NCBI GenBank assembly: GCA_002633005.1
Contig: NMRA01000622.1
Coordinates: 202,958 to 243,987, forward strand
Reading direction: 5' to 3'
DNA from: Phoronis australis
Lineage: Eukaryota; Animalia; Phoronida
DNA length: 41,030 nt
The notes beneath the pieces are model-generated. The model was not told where the DNA came from. It saw only the letters and a program-made list of their open reading frames with translations, and did no database searches. This document shows, in pieces, positions 11,201 through 22,300 of the stretch. Numbering within the stretch: position 1 is the stretch's first letter; the number at the start of each line of letters is the position of its first letter. A program made the translations under genes and the position numbers.

Positions 11201-14200
11201 GAAAGAGTCACGTTACTACTGTCAAGTAAATAGGTTAGAAACAATGCTTAGGCAAAGTGTCTTTTTCTATCGCGGTATAGAAGTGCTTAAACTTCACGTC
11301 TACTGCTTTAGGAGTAAGCGAGCGTCCCTCGTGCAGACCCGTTGTAGCAGCATCTTTACAGATCAAATTGGAACTCCAGCTTACTTTCGACATTTTCTCT
11401 TCTGCTTGAGTACCCTCTAAATGAAATGGCCTGTAATTGTATGTCCCCGCAAGCCGTATTTTTGCAAATTGAGTTTCACTTTTTGAACTTCAACCGTCTT
11501 GTTAAGCATAGTTTTGAGCTACAAACAAAAGCACAAGTTTGGGATTTCGAGTTCAGACCTGTCACTTTTATGCCAGGGTCACCTGTCCACATGTATTCAA
11601 GCACAGAAACATAGACATATGTCATACATTTCTACTTAATTGTAACAAAAGTATAAAGACTTTGGTGATTACTCCCCGGCTCAGTCAAATAGTGATAACA
11701 GGCACTTTACTATTTGCATTTAAAATTTTCAACAATAAAAAGGTCAGAACAAAACGTACATGTACACACCCGCGAGCGACCACACAGTAATTATGCACTT
11801 TATGTTCAGTTTTTCGCCCACATTGAAGAAACGGAATGGGCGATTGAAATTATAAAGAAGTGTGGAAAGCCGGTAGCAACGACCATGCGAATAGGACCGA
11901 GTGGTGATTCGAATGGAGTGTCTCCCGGGGAATGCGCAGTGCGTATGGCAAAGGCGGGTAAGGCTATTGGGGTTTGATGACTGCCCTTGTTGTTAAAACG
12001 TGCGGTGGAAACGATATGGAGAATTAATAAATTGTCACTTAAAGAAACTAGACCAGGGCAATTTAGGTGATCTATCCCGGTGAGCTGGGTTTAGAAAGTG
12101 GACGAATTTGCGTTTGACTCTGGCCGCGAGGGTTACAGGTTCGATTCCACAATGAGGCTGAACTCAATCAATTTTCTCGACGAAGGTGTCTCATTGTAAA
12201 ACAATTCCCAATAATGCCTTGGATAACAGTGCATAAAGCATAGCATCTGTAAGTGTCGAATATGAGTAAGATCGGTCACTTTTTGGGTGTTCTCAAGTGA
12301 TCCACATTAGGACATTTTTCTATGATCCTTTAGGACTTTGAAAAGAAACGGGATATTTTTTTAAATATTCCAAGCACGCGTTCAACACACATCGTGTGGC
12401 TAACAAAGTTGTATGTTATAGTGGAGACTTACCAAATGAAAACTGTAATTTTCACTGTTCTGTTTGATTGCACGAAATCCAACATCTTCCGCAATCTTAC
12501 GTTCTCGTGCTTTTCTTGGATCTACCGCGCGCAGGCGTGGCGTTTTAGGTGGTGTGATTTAAATACTGTACATCAGCGTATCCGGTTGGATAGCGCCTCG
12601 AGAATCTTTCGCGCTAAACAATTGTTGAAAGTCTTACATCGATGTATTTTTGAGGTCTGCTCTCAATTTTTACTTAACATCAGAACTATTTGTCTATACT
12701 CGCACCAAAAACCACATTACGGTGAACATACTTGGCAACACAGAACTCTAGCCCTGGAATACCCTCTGACACAGCGCCACCTATACTGAAAAGTAGCCCT
12801 GTGAAAACATGATTGAACGACACATGGAATTCCGAGCATGCTTGGTCGAAAGTTTACCGATCACATCGCCATCACACGCCTTCTATGCACAGACCTTGTT
12901 TGGGCTTGGCCATTGGATCGGGGTTTTCTTGATTTTCTGTACGTCGATCACTGCCGACTCAATAAATTACAACTATTCAAGTCAAAGTTGGTCGCCATAC
13001 TACTAACAGTAAACTGAAAGGGGTTTCCCAGATTTCAACCAATAGGAATTACTTAATGTTATGGTGTCGGTTTCATCACTTAACCAATGAGAAGCCATGT
13101 TAAAGGCGAAGGCAACCTTTTTCCATGTCATTTTGAGCTAAAATAAGGTTGGTTGGTTATCCTAGACATATTTTCCACTTAATTACAGCTTTTCGTAATT
13201 TTATTAATTACTCGTCCGCTACTCCGGAAGTGACGTTTTAGGAGGCAAGCGTTTCCCGCCACTTGGTTTTGCGTTGACTTTACCGTGCGAATCTGTTCTA
13301 TTCTACTTTTGTTTTGTGCTGTTTTTCAACAATTGTCGCCACCACTTTCTATCGGCGAGTATTCTGCGGCAAGATAGGTTAGTAGAGAACTCAACTACGT
13401 TGGATTTAGGGATTGTTTAGTGTGTTGTAAGCTGAAAATGGCTGGAGTCGGTGACCCGTATCACAGTGACAGTAGTGTGAGTGACGGAGACCTTNNNNNN
13501 NNNNNNNNNNNNNNNNNNNNNNNNNNNNNNNNNNNNNNNNNNNNNNNNNNNNNNNNNNNNNNNNNNNNNNNNNNNNNNNNNNNNNNNNNNNNNNNNNNNN
13601 NNNNNNNNNNNNNNNNNNNNNNNNNNNNNNNNNNNNNNNNNNNNNNNNNNNNNNNNNNNNNNNNNNNNNNNNNNNNNNNNNNNNNNNNNNNNNNNNNNNN
13701 NNNNNNNNNNNNNNNNNNNNNNNNNNNNNNNNNNNNNNNNNNNNNNNNNNNNNNNNNNNNNNNNNNNNNNNNNNNNNNNAGACGGAATGGCATCCTTCTT
13801 CAGACGTTGTTTCGCAGGGACCTTCATCAGTTCAGCGTACAAATCCCTTTCGTAATCGGACGGCAGAAAGTGCTTGCCACACACACGGTAATTCTCCACT
13901 GCTTTGTACATTGCGTGGACGGGTAACGCTGCGTTCTTCACACGAACGAGCCAAGTACGGCGAAGTGTGTCATCATCGGAAAGCGATGCAAAGGCACTCC
14001 CAAAGCGCGCGTGAGCCGATAATTAGTATATTCCGGTACGCAGCAACAGTGTGGCATGTTGACTGACTAGTAAATGAAAGCAAACGACGACGGAACTTAA
14101 CATAGCCGAGGTAGAACAATGACTGACTCGGCAGCTCTCACAGTCAGACTATATGAAAAGAAATTGGCGCGAAATGTTTGCCTCCTAAAACGTCTCTACC

Positions 14201-17200
14201 GCAGTAGCGGACGAGTAATTAATAAAATTACGAAAAGCTGTAATTAAGTGGAAAATATGTCTAGGATAACCAACCAACCTTATTTTAGCTCAAAATGACA
14301 TGGAAAAAGGTTGTCTTCGCCTTTAAACTACATTTTACAGTGCTACCTTTCGTAGCACTGTAAAAAAGTGAAGCCCTGGAATGCCAACTCCTGCACGTGA
14401 CTAACGTATTCTATTATTAGAGCTTGCAACCCCGAGATCTAAGGCGCGAGAGTTTGCACTGAGAATTTCTAGCGGTCTTCTCGACCTCAGGCTCGACTGA
14501 GTTTGATCAAATGTTGGAGTTATCAAATCAAGAGTGTTTGCTTTGCAGTTTAAATGAAAAGATTAGCCCCTACTAGCAAGTGTTTTTACCCGACTTTTGA
14601 AAATCTACTCGTATTTTCGTAGCTAAAGGATTTCTCTGCTGTTTTGATTAATCATTTATGAAGCCTCTCTGGTTCTGGTTCATTCCCTTTTTATGTTACT
14701 ATTACACCATATTAGTTTTCGCGTTTTGTTAAACACACTTGGTTTTTAGAATTAAAAAAAACCGTTTTAAACCGATCAGGTATGCAAAATGTTTATCATT
14801 TATGGATTAAACTGTTTATCGTTTGCTTCTGCTATAATGGTACAGACTCGTGAAGGACTTTCTAATGATTTGATTCTGATGCAGTTCGGTTGAAAAACGG
14901 CGGTGTTGCGGAAAGTTTTAGTGACAGTAAATCCCACAGGACAACAAGTTACATACATCGGACCTAACCAGTGCAAACAATTACCACGCATGCGTGGCGC
15001 AACCTCAGCAGCGAAATTGAAGTTGACATTCCAAGGCTGAGTTTTTTGCTGACAAGTATTGGCTGCAATATCCCACTTTCGAAATGACCGCGCCACATTG
15101 AAATTCAGTGACGTCTTTGGTGGGCAGGCGTTAAGCGCCACCTATAGATCCCATGTAATGCGGATGGGAGGTTTCAATAGAGATGAATAAACTGTCACAA
15201 TGCCTGCAAATTTTTATTAATGTGCGGTGGGATATACTAATCATAGCTTACGGAAAAAGGCAAACCTCTTGAAATATGCATGGATGAAGGACATCATGTC
15301 TCATACATTTTCCACTGCGAAAAATTCCGCGGCTGCGTAGTCATTCGCTGCGACTGATAATGCGGAAGATTTTTGATTCAAGCCTATGTCAAAAAGATAA
15401 AATCAATAAGTGAACTTAACCTAATCAAACAACGGGAGGGGTGACAGTGGCTTTGATTCCTCATTTTTTATTATAATTAACCAGTATGTAGCAGTGAGTT
15501 TCTGTCCACAAAATCTGAGTCGGGATTAAGCGGGGGTCGCATTACTCTGGAGAGTGCCAAAGTCTCGTATTGATTGACTTTGCTAGTTCCGCCGGTCCAC
15601 GGCCTAAGACATCTGGGTAGAGTTCAGTAGCTGTCTCGCGACTAAAAAATAGCCAAAGTCACATATGTTCTTATTTAAAATACACGGCAATATCCCACGT
15701 AATATCACGAAGTCTTGCTTTTTACCGAGGTCCTATCGTAGCTAGGTCCTAGTGTTACTGAATTCTAACCAGCCTCCGGTTGAGTAACTTTAAGACCTCG
15801 CTAAAAAGCAAGACTTCGCGAGATTACGTGAGACATAGCCGTGTATTTTCGCTATGTCCTAGCGTTACTGAACGCACGCCAGATTGTTTCTGGGTCACGA
15901 CTTCCTGCTTACCGACCAATCCATGGGCGGCGCACCATAGGGGGCTGGGGGGGGGGGGTGTTGGCTATAGCCCCACTTTTTTCAGTGCTGCGCCGCCCAT
16001 GCAATCAGGTGCCTTAGCCGCTTGACCGGGCGGAACCGGCGAATCAAGTTACCTGTGATGTCACGGGAGTTCAAGAGCCGACAGCTGTCGCACAATGCAA
16101 TCGAAAAGCGACAATATCACGGCTAATTGAGTAATTAGTTTTGTCGTATTCATACAGTAGGTACCACGCCCTTGTCCTTGTGATCTTGGGCAATTCTGAA
16201 GTTACATACTGTGTATCCAAACAGCTGTTGCACTGAAATTGTATCTCTGAGTTTTAGGTGCTGATATCGTTGGAGTCAATTGCTGTTTTGATATTGACGC
16301 AACACTAAAGACAATACGTCTTATGAAGACTTCTCTAGAGGCTGAAGGGTTGACGCCGTTTCTAATGACGCAGCCATGCTGTTTTCATTGCCCAGAAGTT
16401 GAAAACACTCCAAACGGTTACATGACGTTGCCTGAATATCCTTTCGGTAGGATGTGTATACAGTTTCGTAATTAGTTGAACTGTAAAACAAATAAAAATA
16501 AAATTGTTTACACGTACGGGCGTGAACATGTAACCGCATTGGAACTGTATGAGTGTCCTATCACCAACGCAGAGAGGAGAGGTTATGTATACGAGGTATT
16601 GAGTGACTACCAGTCTTCACCATCAGTTTCAGCTCTCATGAACTCCACACGAATCACCCACTCTCGTTATTTAAAGCTAAGCTATTGATCAACAGTTTTC
16701 GGGTTTAATATCAAATTAAATCCTGCCTCGTCATAAGTTCTTGGCATCGCTACACTACACGTGGCGTGCTGATGAAATACAATTGTTACGGAATATACTG
16801 TGATGTATAACATTGATGGGCAAAGAAAATATTCATTAAAGGAGAAAAGCCCCGGATAAAGCCCAACGTTGATTTACGTTCATGTGTTTTATCGGTGTCC
16901 TGTTTGTTTTACCAGCTCTGGAACCCCGTCTGTTCACACGTTGGGATTGCCGCCGATATGCGAGGCAAGCCTATGAGCTCGGTGTTCGATACATCGGAGG
17001 ATGTTGCGGCTTTGAGCCGTACCACATACGAGAAGTTGCCGAGGAGGTAAGATGCGCACTGGTAAATCAATGACAGCTACTTGTTTACTTCCTTTGAGCG
17101 CGGGAGCTAGGTGGGTGCATAATGGCAGGCTAAACCGCCAAGGCTGAAGGCGTCGTTTGAGTAGCTGATGAGTGCTCAGATCGACTTCACGTGGGAAGAA

Positions 17201-18450
17201 CATTTAAGAGGCTATTTTGAATGGTTTCACGTTTGTTCGCAGTGCTTTATCTAGTCTAGAAAGAATATATTTCCTGTAGTTGTAGTTCGACTCCTTTGGC
17301 AAAACTATTTTAGGCTACTCTGTCGAAGACAATATCAATCAATTTATTTCTGTAATAAAGGCCATATGCCCACTGTAACATACTTAAGAGTGCAGCAAGC
17401 ATGCGTAAGCAATCTCACGCTGACACCCTCAAGCATGGGGTCGAGTTTGGGCACTGGAGAATTGTGACGTCACGTGGCATGTTCTCACATTTCGTCCGTT
17501 TGTTCCCGAATTTGTAAGATAATTGCTCTCATTCACCAGACGTCCATTAGTGCAGTAGTAAAATAATGTATCCCAGGTCACGCGAGCATTTTTACCTCCA
17601 CAGTTGGCGGTAGAAAGAGGAAGGAGGCCTCCTGGTGCTGACAAGAACGCCCTCTTTGGAGCTCAAAATGTCAACAACATGTTTCCGTTCGTTCAAACCA
17701 GGTGAGCATTCGATGGATGCCGATTCCCTGTTTAGAAACAAGGATTATGCGAACTTGAGTATTCTTCAGTTTGAGGTTGTTTACTTGGACAACGAAAACA
17801 CCGGCAATGTCGATTTTCTGATAGGTTACTTTAGCTTGTCCCAGAATGTCTTTAGTAGCGGACTATTCCGTTTCATTGAAGTGACAAATTCGTAGCAGTT
17901 GATTATACTAGTAAGCCGATTTGACTGAGGACGATGTGAATAAAAATGGTATGAAGTTAGCTAAATTACTGTACATAATGTACTGAGACCTATATCTTCG
18001 AGCCGTGTTTGCACGATGCGGAGTACGTGTTTCCTTCGGGGGATAAAGTTCACCTTTTTGCACTGTTTTTTGACGTTTTTCTATCGGTGCAATTAATTGC
18101 AGATTGGTTGGTTTTCTATAGCACTGGTTTGCATATTCAACAGCAAATTAACGTACAGTTGGACCATGTAGACAAATTTTGATTTTGAAACAAAATTGTC
18201 TCGTCTAGATGAGCCCGGGGAAAACTTTCTTAGTTAACAGGAAGCAATGCACTTAAGTTGACGATATCGCCTGAGTAGACTGAAATACACGGTGTGTAAC
18301 TTGTAATTAAGCGTGTATAGAACTTTTAGTTGTTAAACTGTTATTGTTTGTTTATGTTTTAGGTGCACTAAAGAATACTGGACCAATATAAAACCGGCCT
18401 TTGGACGCCCGGATTGTCCAATATTGTCCAAACCGTCCACTGAGCAATGA
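5098..18450 (+). CDS. BHMT: Betaine-homocysteine S-methyltransferase family protein, 8 coding exons, ~371 aa: join(5098..5254,5580..5689,10433..10627,11810..11957,16258..16446,16916..17046,17604..17701,18363..18450)
   Basis: All introns are GT-AG with consistent phases (1116 nt total). Motifs: [35 protein letters not shown] (Zn ligand), [17 protein letters not shown] (two Zn ligands), KEYW, GRP. Confidence 0.95.
5293..5366. mobile_element. Degenerate copy of the short CATGGGCGGCGCA-TIR MITE family
   Basis: GCAGCACTGAAAAAAGTGGGGGCTATAG...CCCCTCCTCTGGTGCATGGCCCAT matches the internal sequence of the copies at 15922 and 20316. Confidence 0.6.
5580..5689 (+). CDS. BHMT: BHMT-like exon 2 ([37 protein letters not shown])
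   Basis: TTTTCAG acceptor, GTAAGT donor; not in the ORF track but translates to the conserved BHMT segment. Confidence 0.93.
9014..10078 (+). mobile_element. Helentron/DINE-1-like non-autonomous element with internal ~150-bp tandem repeats
   Basis: Inserted in a T-run. 5' subterminal IR ATGCGCCCACATA..TATGTGGACGCAT; (GTCC)n-type microsatellite 9060-9103; tandem units containing ATGAAATTTGG and CTAGTGGC; 3' subTIR TGTGGGCGCAT (10043-10053); hairpin CAACGC-tct-GCGTTG; CTCTTGTT end. Confidence 0.8.
10433..10627 (+). CDS. BHMT: BHMT-like exon 3 ([12 protein letters not shown]...IDFVLAE)
   Basis: TATCAG acceptor, GTATGT donor, 195 nt, phase 0-0. Confidence 0.93.
11810..11957 (+). CDS. BHMT: BHMT-like exon 4 ([11 protein letters not shown]...[10 protein letters not shown])
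   Basis: TTCAG acceptor, GTAAGG donor, 148 nt. Confidence 0.93.
12080..12160 (+). repeat. Possible tRNA-derived SINE fragment
   Basis: Pol III B-box-like GGTTCGATTCC at ~12138-12148; A-box weak; no cloverleaf evident. Confidence 0.3.
13495..13779. other. Assembly gap (N run)
   Basis: Run of n. Confidence 1.
13780..14057 (-). pseudogene. Frameshifted THAP zinc-finger domain (N-terminus of a Kolobok transposase)
   Basis: [12 protein letters not shown]...LHRFP, then a frameshift near 13978, then [13 protein letters not shown]...[12 protein letters not shown]...LKKDAIPS. This is the THAP pattern (C-V-P, FP, W, VCxxHF, LKxxAxP), with the second Cys read as Tyr (TAT). Confidence 0.82.
15613..15882. 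mobile_element. Fold-back MITE, probably PIF/Harbinger-derived
   Basis: Ends CTGGGTAGAGTTCAGTAGC / GTTACTGAACGCACGCCAG. Inner ~55-bp inverted repeat 15677-15732 vs 15793-15849 (AAAATACACGGC..GAAGTCTTGCTTTTTA.CGAGGTC). CWG at the boundaries. Confidence 0.65.
15922..16001. mobile_element. 80-bp MITE with 13-bp TIR CATGGGCGGCGCA and 5-bp TSD CAATC
   Basis: CAATC|CATGGGCGGCGCA...TGCGCCGCCCATG|CAATC. Confidence 0.85.
16258..16446 (+). CDS. BHMT: BHMT-like exon 5 ([12 protein letters not shown]...TLPEYPF)
   Basis: TTTTAG acceptor, GTAGGA donor, 189 nt, phase 1-1; contains the GVNC zinc ligand; missed by the ORF track. Confidence 0.93.
16916..17046 (+). CDS. BHMT: BHMT-like exon 6 ([11 protein letters not shown]...[17 protein letters not shown])
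   Basis: ACCAG acceptor, GTAAGA donor; GGCC zinc motif. Confidence 0.95.
17604..17701 (+). CDS. BHMT: BHMT-like exon 7 ([14 protein letters not shown]...FPFVQTR)
   Basis: CCACAG acceptor, GTGAGC donor, phase 2; aligns to human LAPERGFLPPASEK...PWVRAR. Confidence 0.88.
18363..18450 (+). CDS. BHMT: BHMT-like exon 8 ([28 protein letters not shown])
   Basis: TTTTAG acceptor; aligns to human [23 protein letters not shown]; TGA at 18448-18450. Confidence 0.9.
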
Positions 18451-18739
18451 GTAAGGCGCGCGTCCATTGAATCATTGCGTTTACTGGAAGATTGGGCAAT
18501 ACGTGAGAGAGAGTTTGCCCCTGAGCTTTTGGTTACAGTGGAGCAAAAACGCGGAGAAAATTATCCCATCCATTTAAGCAATCCATGACAACAATTACGT
18601 ACTTTTAGAATTAACAATTTAGCCAAGAACACGGATCCTGCATTAAACGCGACTGCACTACAGACTTGTTTGCTTTCAATGAGGCCAGTGTGTTGTTTTC
18701 GGACACTCAACAAGAGGTGATTGAGACAGAGAGGTAATG

Positions 18740-18745
18740 AATAAA
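18740..18745 (+). promoter_or_regulatory. Candidate polyadenylation signal of BHMT-like gene
   Basis: First AATAAA downstream of the stop (290 nt after it), followed by T/GT-rich sequence. Confidence 0.5.
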
Positions 18746-19169
18746 ATTGTTATTGTTTAAGACGTTTGAAAACGTCAAAATAGAACATCCATTTTCTAAA
18801 AATTTATCATTCTTGAAGAAGCCAATATTCCATGGTTCATAAGTTTTTATAAGTTCTTGTAGCGTAAACCAGTCCCAAGTTTACCTTTCTGTTTCTTGAA
18901 TATTTCTGAACATTCTCATTCAACTAATACAAGTTAAGTAAACGTTCTTGTAATTAAACATAAAAGTCACTATACAGACCGTTTTAAAGAGCTTGTGCTT
19001 TCCTTATTTTGATTAAAATTGATGAAACCATATACATGTAGTTTGATTTTACCTCCATCAATGGATAATCTCCCGAACTACAACATTGTCATCTCTAGGT
19101 TTAGTTTCTCGAGCTCCTCACATAATGTTAATTAGACTGTTACTGTCGTCATCACTGCAATGTCATTGC

Positions 19170-19381
19170 CTACTCGTTGCAATAATCACGACCCTTATCA
19201 AAGAGCGGCGACCAAACGTCGAGCTGGATTGAGCAGGCGTGGTTGAAGACGTGTCCAGTGCGCCGTGTAGACTTCAGGCAAATGTACTGTATTGACACAT
19301 CACCGTTGCCGTGTCGAGTCACAGTTTTGTCAGTGTTGGGAATGGATGCCGGATGGTCACACCTTCGCGTCTTGTAGACAG
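19170..19381 (-). CDS. Mosaic gene terminal exon: sushi-like module 5
   Basis: TTTCAG acceptor; RRCDHPASIPNTD..HGNGDVSIQYIC..HACSIQLDVWSPLFDKGRDYCNE*; paralogous to the exons at 23681 and 25861. Confidence 0.82.
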
Positions 19382-22300
19382 CTGAAAGTATATCACAGTG
19401 CGTGAAGAGGTTGATACAGGATCGTCCACCCAACACTCAATTGAGAAAGGCCCAACTTTAAATCGTTTGGACACATTTTTGAGATTACAAAAGTTCAATT
19501 TCACCATTTGTATTACGTTAGCTAACACGGGCTTTTGTCATCTTGCTGATATTAAGGTTATCTAGGACCTTAATATACGACCTCGACTCTAAGTCAAATA
19601 TCAAAAATATGCCTTGTAAACCATGAAAGGGTGATATTTTATGACGGGAGATGTTAGAGAAGATAGGTACATTCATAGCAAAAATCCCCCCAGCCGATTA
19701 ACTAAAACTTTTTCAAATCAAAAACTATATGTTATGTCTCAAAAACGGTGTTAGGAATCTTTTGTTATTCACTTGAGTTCGGGTTTTATGCCAAATTAAC
19801 TGCAAAGTATACGGCATTTTTTAAAAAGTAGCGGTACTGTACGCAAAAATAGGCATTTTAAAGCAAAATACTAACGGCGTTTTTGACACATAACGTTAAG
19901 TTTTCATTTAAAAAGTTTTAGGAAAATCGGTAGGGAGTTATTTTGCAATGATTGTACTTTTCTTGCACATGCCAACTCATGAAATATAACGTCGCTTTCG
20001 TAAAATGTAGCAATGCTACATTTCTCGCATGCGCATTCGACGTAAATTGTAACAATTACATAAAATGTAACAACTTGTTCCGTTTTAGCAGAGTTCTAGA
20101 AACGTAAAATGTGACGATGACGTAAAATGTATCAGATGGTACATTTTACGAAAATGTTACATTTTACTGTTCTAATATTATTAATGACTGACGAAAAACA
20201 AGTTCAGCTTGCTTCGTTGTTTGACGCATTTCAGCTTTGAGATAAGGTAATGGATGTATGAGTAAATAGTCCACGAGAACGATAAAGGAATCACTGTGGA
20301 ATTTGTGTTCAACAACATGGGCGGCGCAGTACTGAAAAATGTGGGGCTATAGCCCCCAGCCCCCCTGTAATCGCCGCAGCACTGAAAAAAGTGGGGCTAT
20401 AACCTCCTCCAGCCCCCTATGGTGCGCAGCCCATGAACAAGCTCCATCGTTGAATATTCGCCATACTGTACGTTACTTGCTGCTAAATGGTAGACTCTTG
20501 CTTAAAAAACACGAACGAAATATATGATCAGAATACTTAATTTTTGCTTCATAGACCACTGACAAAAAATTCCCACCCTCCAGTATCAAAAAAATTAATG
20601 ACACCAAAATTATAACGGAAGCAGCCCCGAACCAGTGAGAAATCGGGAAGATCGAACATCGGCGACCAAGAACGTCGGAATGGAGATCATAAAGACGGGA
20701 TTTTAATAGTTTGAACATTTAATTGAGAGACCGAGCTCAATGGAAAAACTACGTTGTGTCCGGGACGCGGCAGAAATGTCGTTGAATATCATAGTTTTGT
20801 TGGTGCTCGGCAAATAACGAGGCTTGCCGTGATAAGTCAGCACGAAAAGTCCATTCTCAAGGAAAAAAAGAACTCCCAGTTCTTTCCAAGTCCAAAATTA
20901 CATACGTTCTGACCTAGGGAAATGTTATCACCAAAACATGTTTTCGCTGACCGAGCGCGGGTTTGTAGCCGCAGCTTTAAACGACAGACCACGTAACGAA
21001 GCGATTGTCTCCACATTTACAAAGCACAGATTCACATTTCTTCATATGTCCGTCACGAACTGGCATAACCTTCTTGTGTTTTACCGGAAGTAGGCCTACA
21101 TTCACTAATTGTTATTTTTCCGTTCAAAATTTTAGGGTCGAGCCAACTACATGTATATCGGCAAGGTAAATGTACATGTACATGCAGTTGCAGGGAGGAC
21201 TGAGTCCAGCCTGAGGAATATATCAGTATAAGAGCATCGGCGCAGCATCCATTGCATAAAATAGCCTGTACATTTATGAAGCAATGTGGGAACTCCCATC
21301 GGAGGCTGAGTAATCTTCACCCAATGTGGCAGTGAAACGCTTCCTACGTTGACAGGCACGCGTAGACTTCACCCGTTCCAATAGCTGGTATCTCAGGCTC
21401 TAAGCCATGTCTAGACACTCCAAATAGTCACATGCTTCCGCGTATAGCCCTAAGGCAATTAACTGGAGTGTACGGGCAATGGTCCTAGATTCGTGTCTGC
21501 AGTTTAGTCAATCGGAAACTTGGATCATACATGTAATTGGCATGAACTATGCTCTATTGAGAAGTCGTAAACGACTTTTCATCTCGAAATGACTGGTAGG
21601 AACACCAGGGCCGGATCTAGGATACTAAAGTACGGGGGGGGGGGCAACATGTTGTCTCAGGGAATTGGGGAAAGCGTATGTGCACAGGCGGCCGAAAGTT
21701 GCGGGGGCCGGGACGTGGACCATCTGTTCAGAAAATTTATGGGTGGACTAACCAAAAAAAAAAACGAGAGAACGATTCCGCCGCGATCCGGGGACTGAAC
21801 GCTACCCATCATCCGCTACCGGTCCTAGTTACTGAACTCAATATTTCCTCACGCTTCACGCTGTTGCCGTTTCATTTTGCTTGCGGCAGCCAAGGCGGGG
21901 GGGGGGGGCTGGGCCGCCCCTAAATCCGCCGATGACTCAGATAATTTGTATAGGACAGTCGACTACAAAGCCGTACACGTATGGCTAATCGGAGTGTGTA
22001 CACGAGGCCCAATACGTACTGCAAGTTAGTTCGTCGCTAAGGTCAAAGCAGTCAAAAACACCATCACATTTGAGGAACTCTGGAAGACAACTGTTTTCGC
22101 ACGAGAACTGTCTAGGGCAGTGTGACGGCCTGTCTGTAGTTGGTTGTATTGGGGTCGTTGCGTAGAATTTCGTGGTAGTTGTCCATTGGATTGTCGTGGT
22201 AGGTGTCGTTGTAACTTGTTTCGGCGAAGCGGAAGTTGTTAAGGGTCCTGCAACAAGTGTAGTGAAAGTTTTGTTTGTAGAATTCAATTACAGCAGTGTG

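Larger units (their letters stand above)
13104..14322. mobile_element. Kolobok-type DNA transposon (young; centre falls in an assembly gap)
   Basis: TTAA target duplications at 13100-13103 and 14323-14326; AGG..CCT termini; ~158-bp TIRs (13104-13261 / 14165-14322) with one mismatch in the outer ~120 bp; internal THAP remnant. Confidence 0.88.

Noticed and set aside
12080-12160. Functional tRNA gene
   Set aside because: Only a B-box is recognisable; no acceptor or anticodon stems.
13420-13926. Long ORFs spanning the first N gap
   Set aside because: Artefacts of translating N; only the minus-strand THAP part is meaningful.
20750-20975. Crypton-like non-autonomous fragment (also 40150-40385)
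   Set aside because: Resemblance from memory only; no tyrosine recombinase remnant or definable ends.
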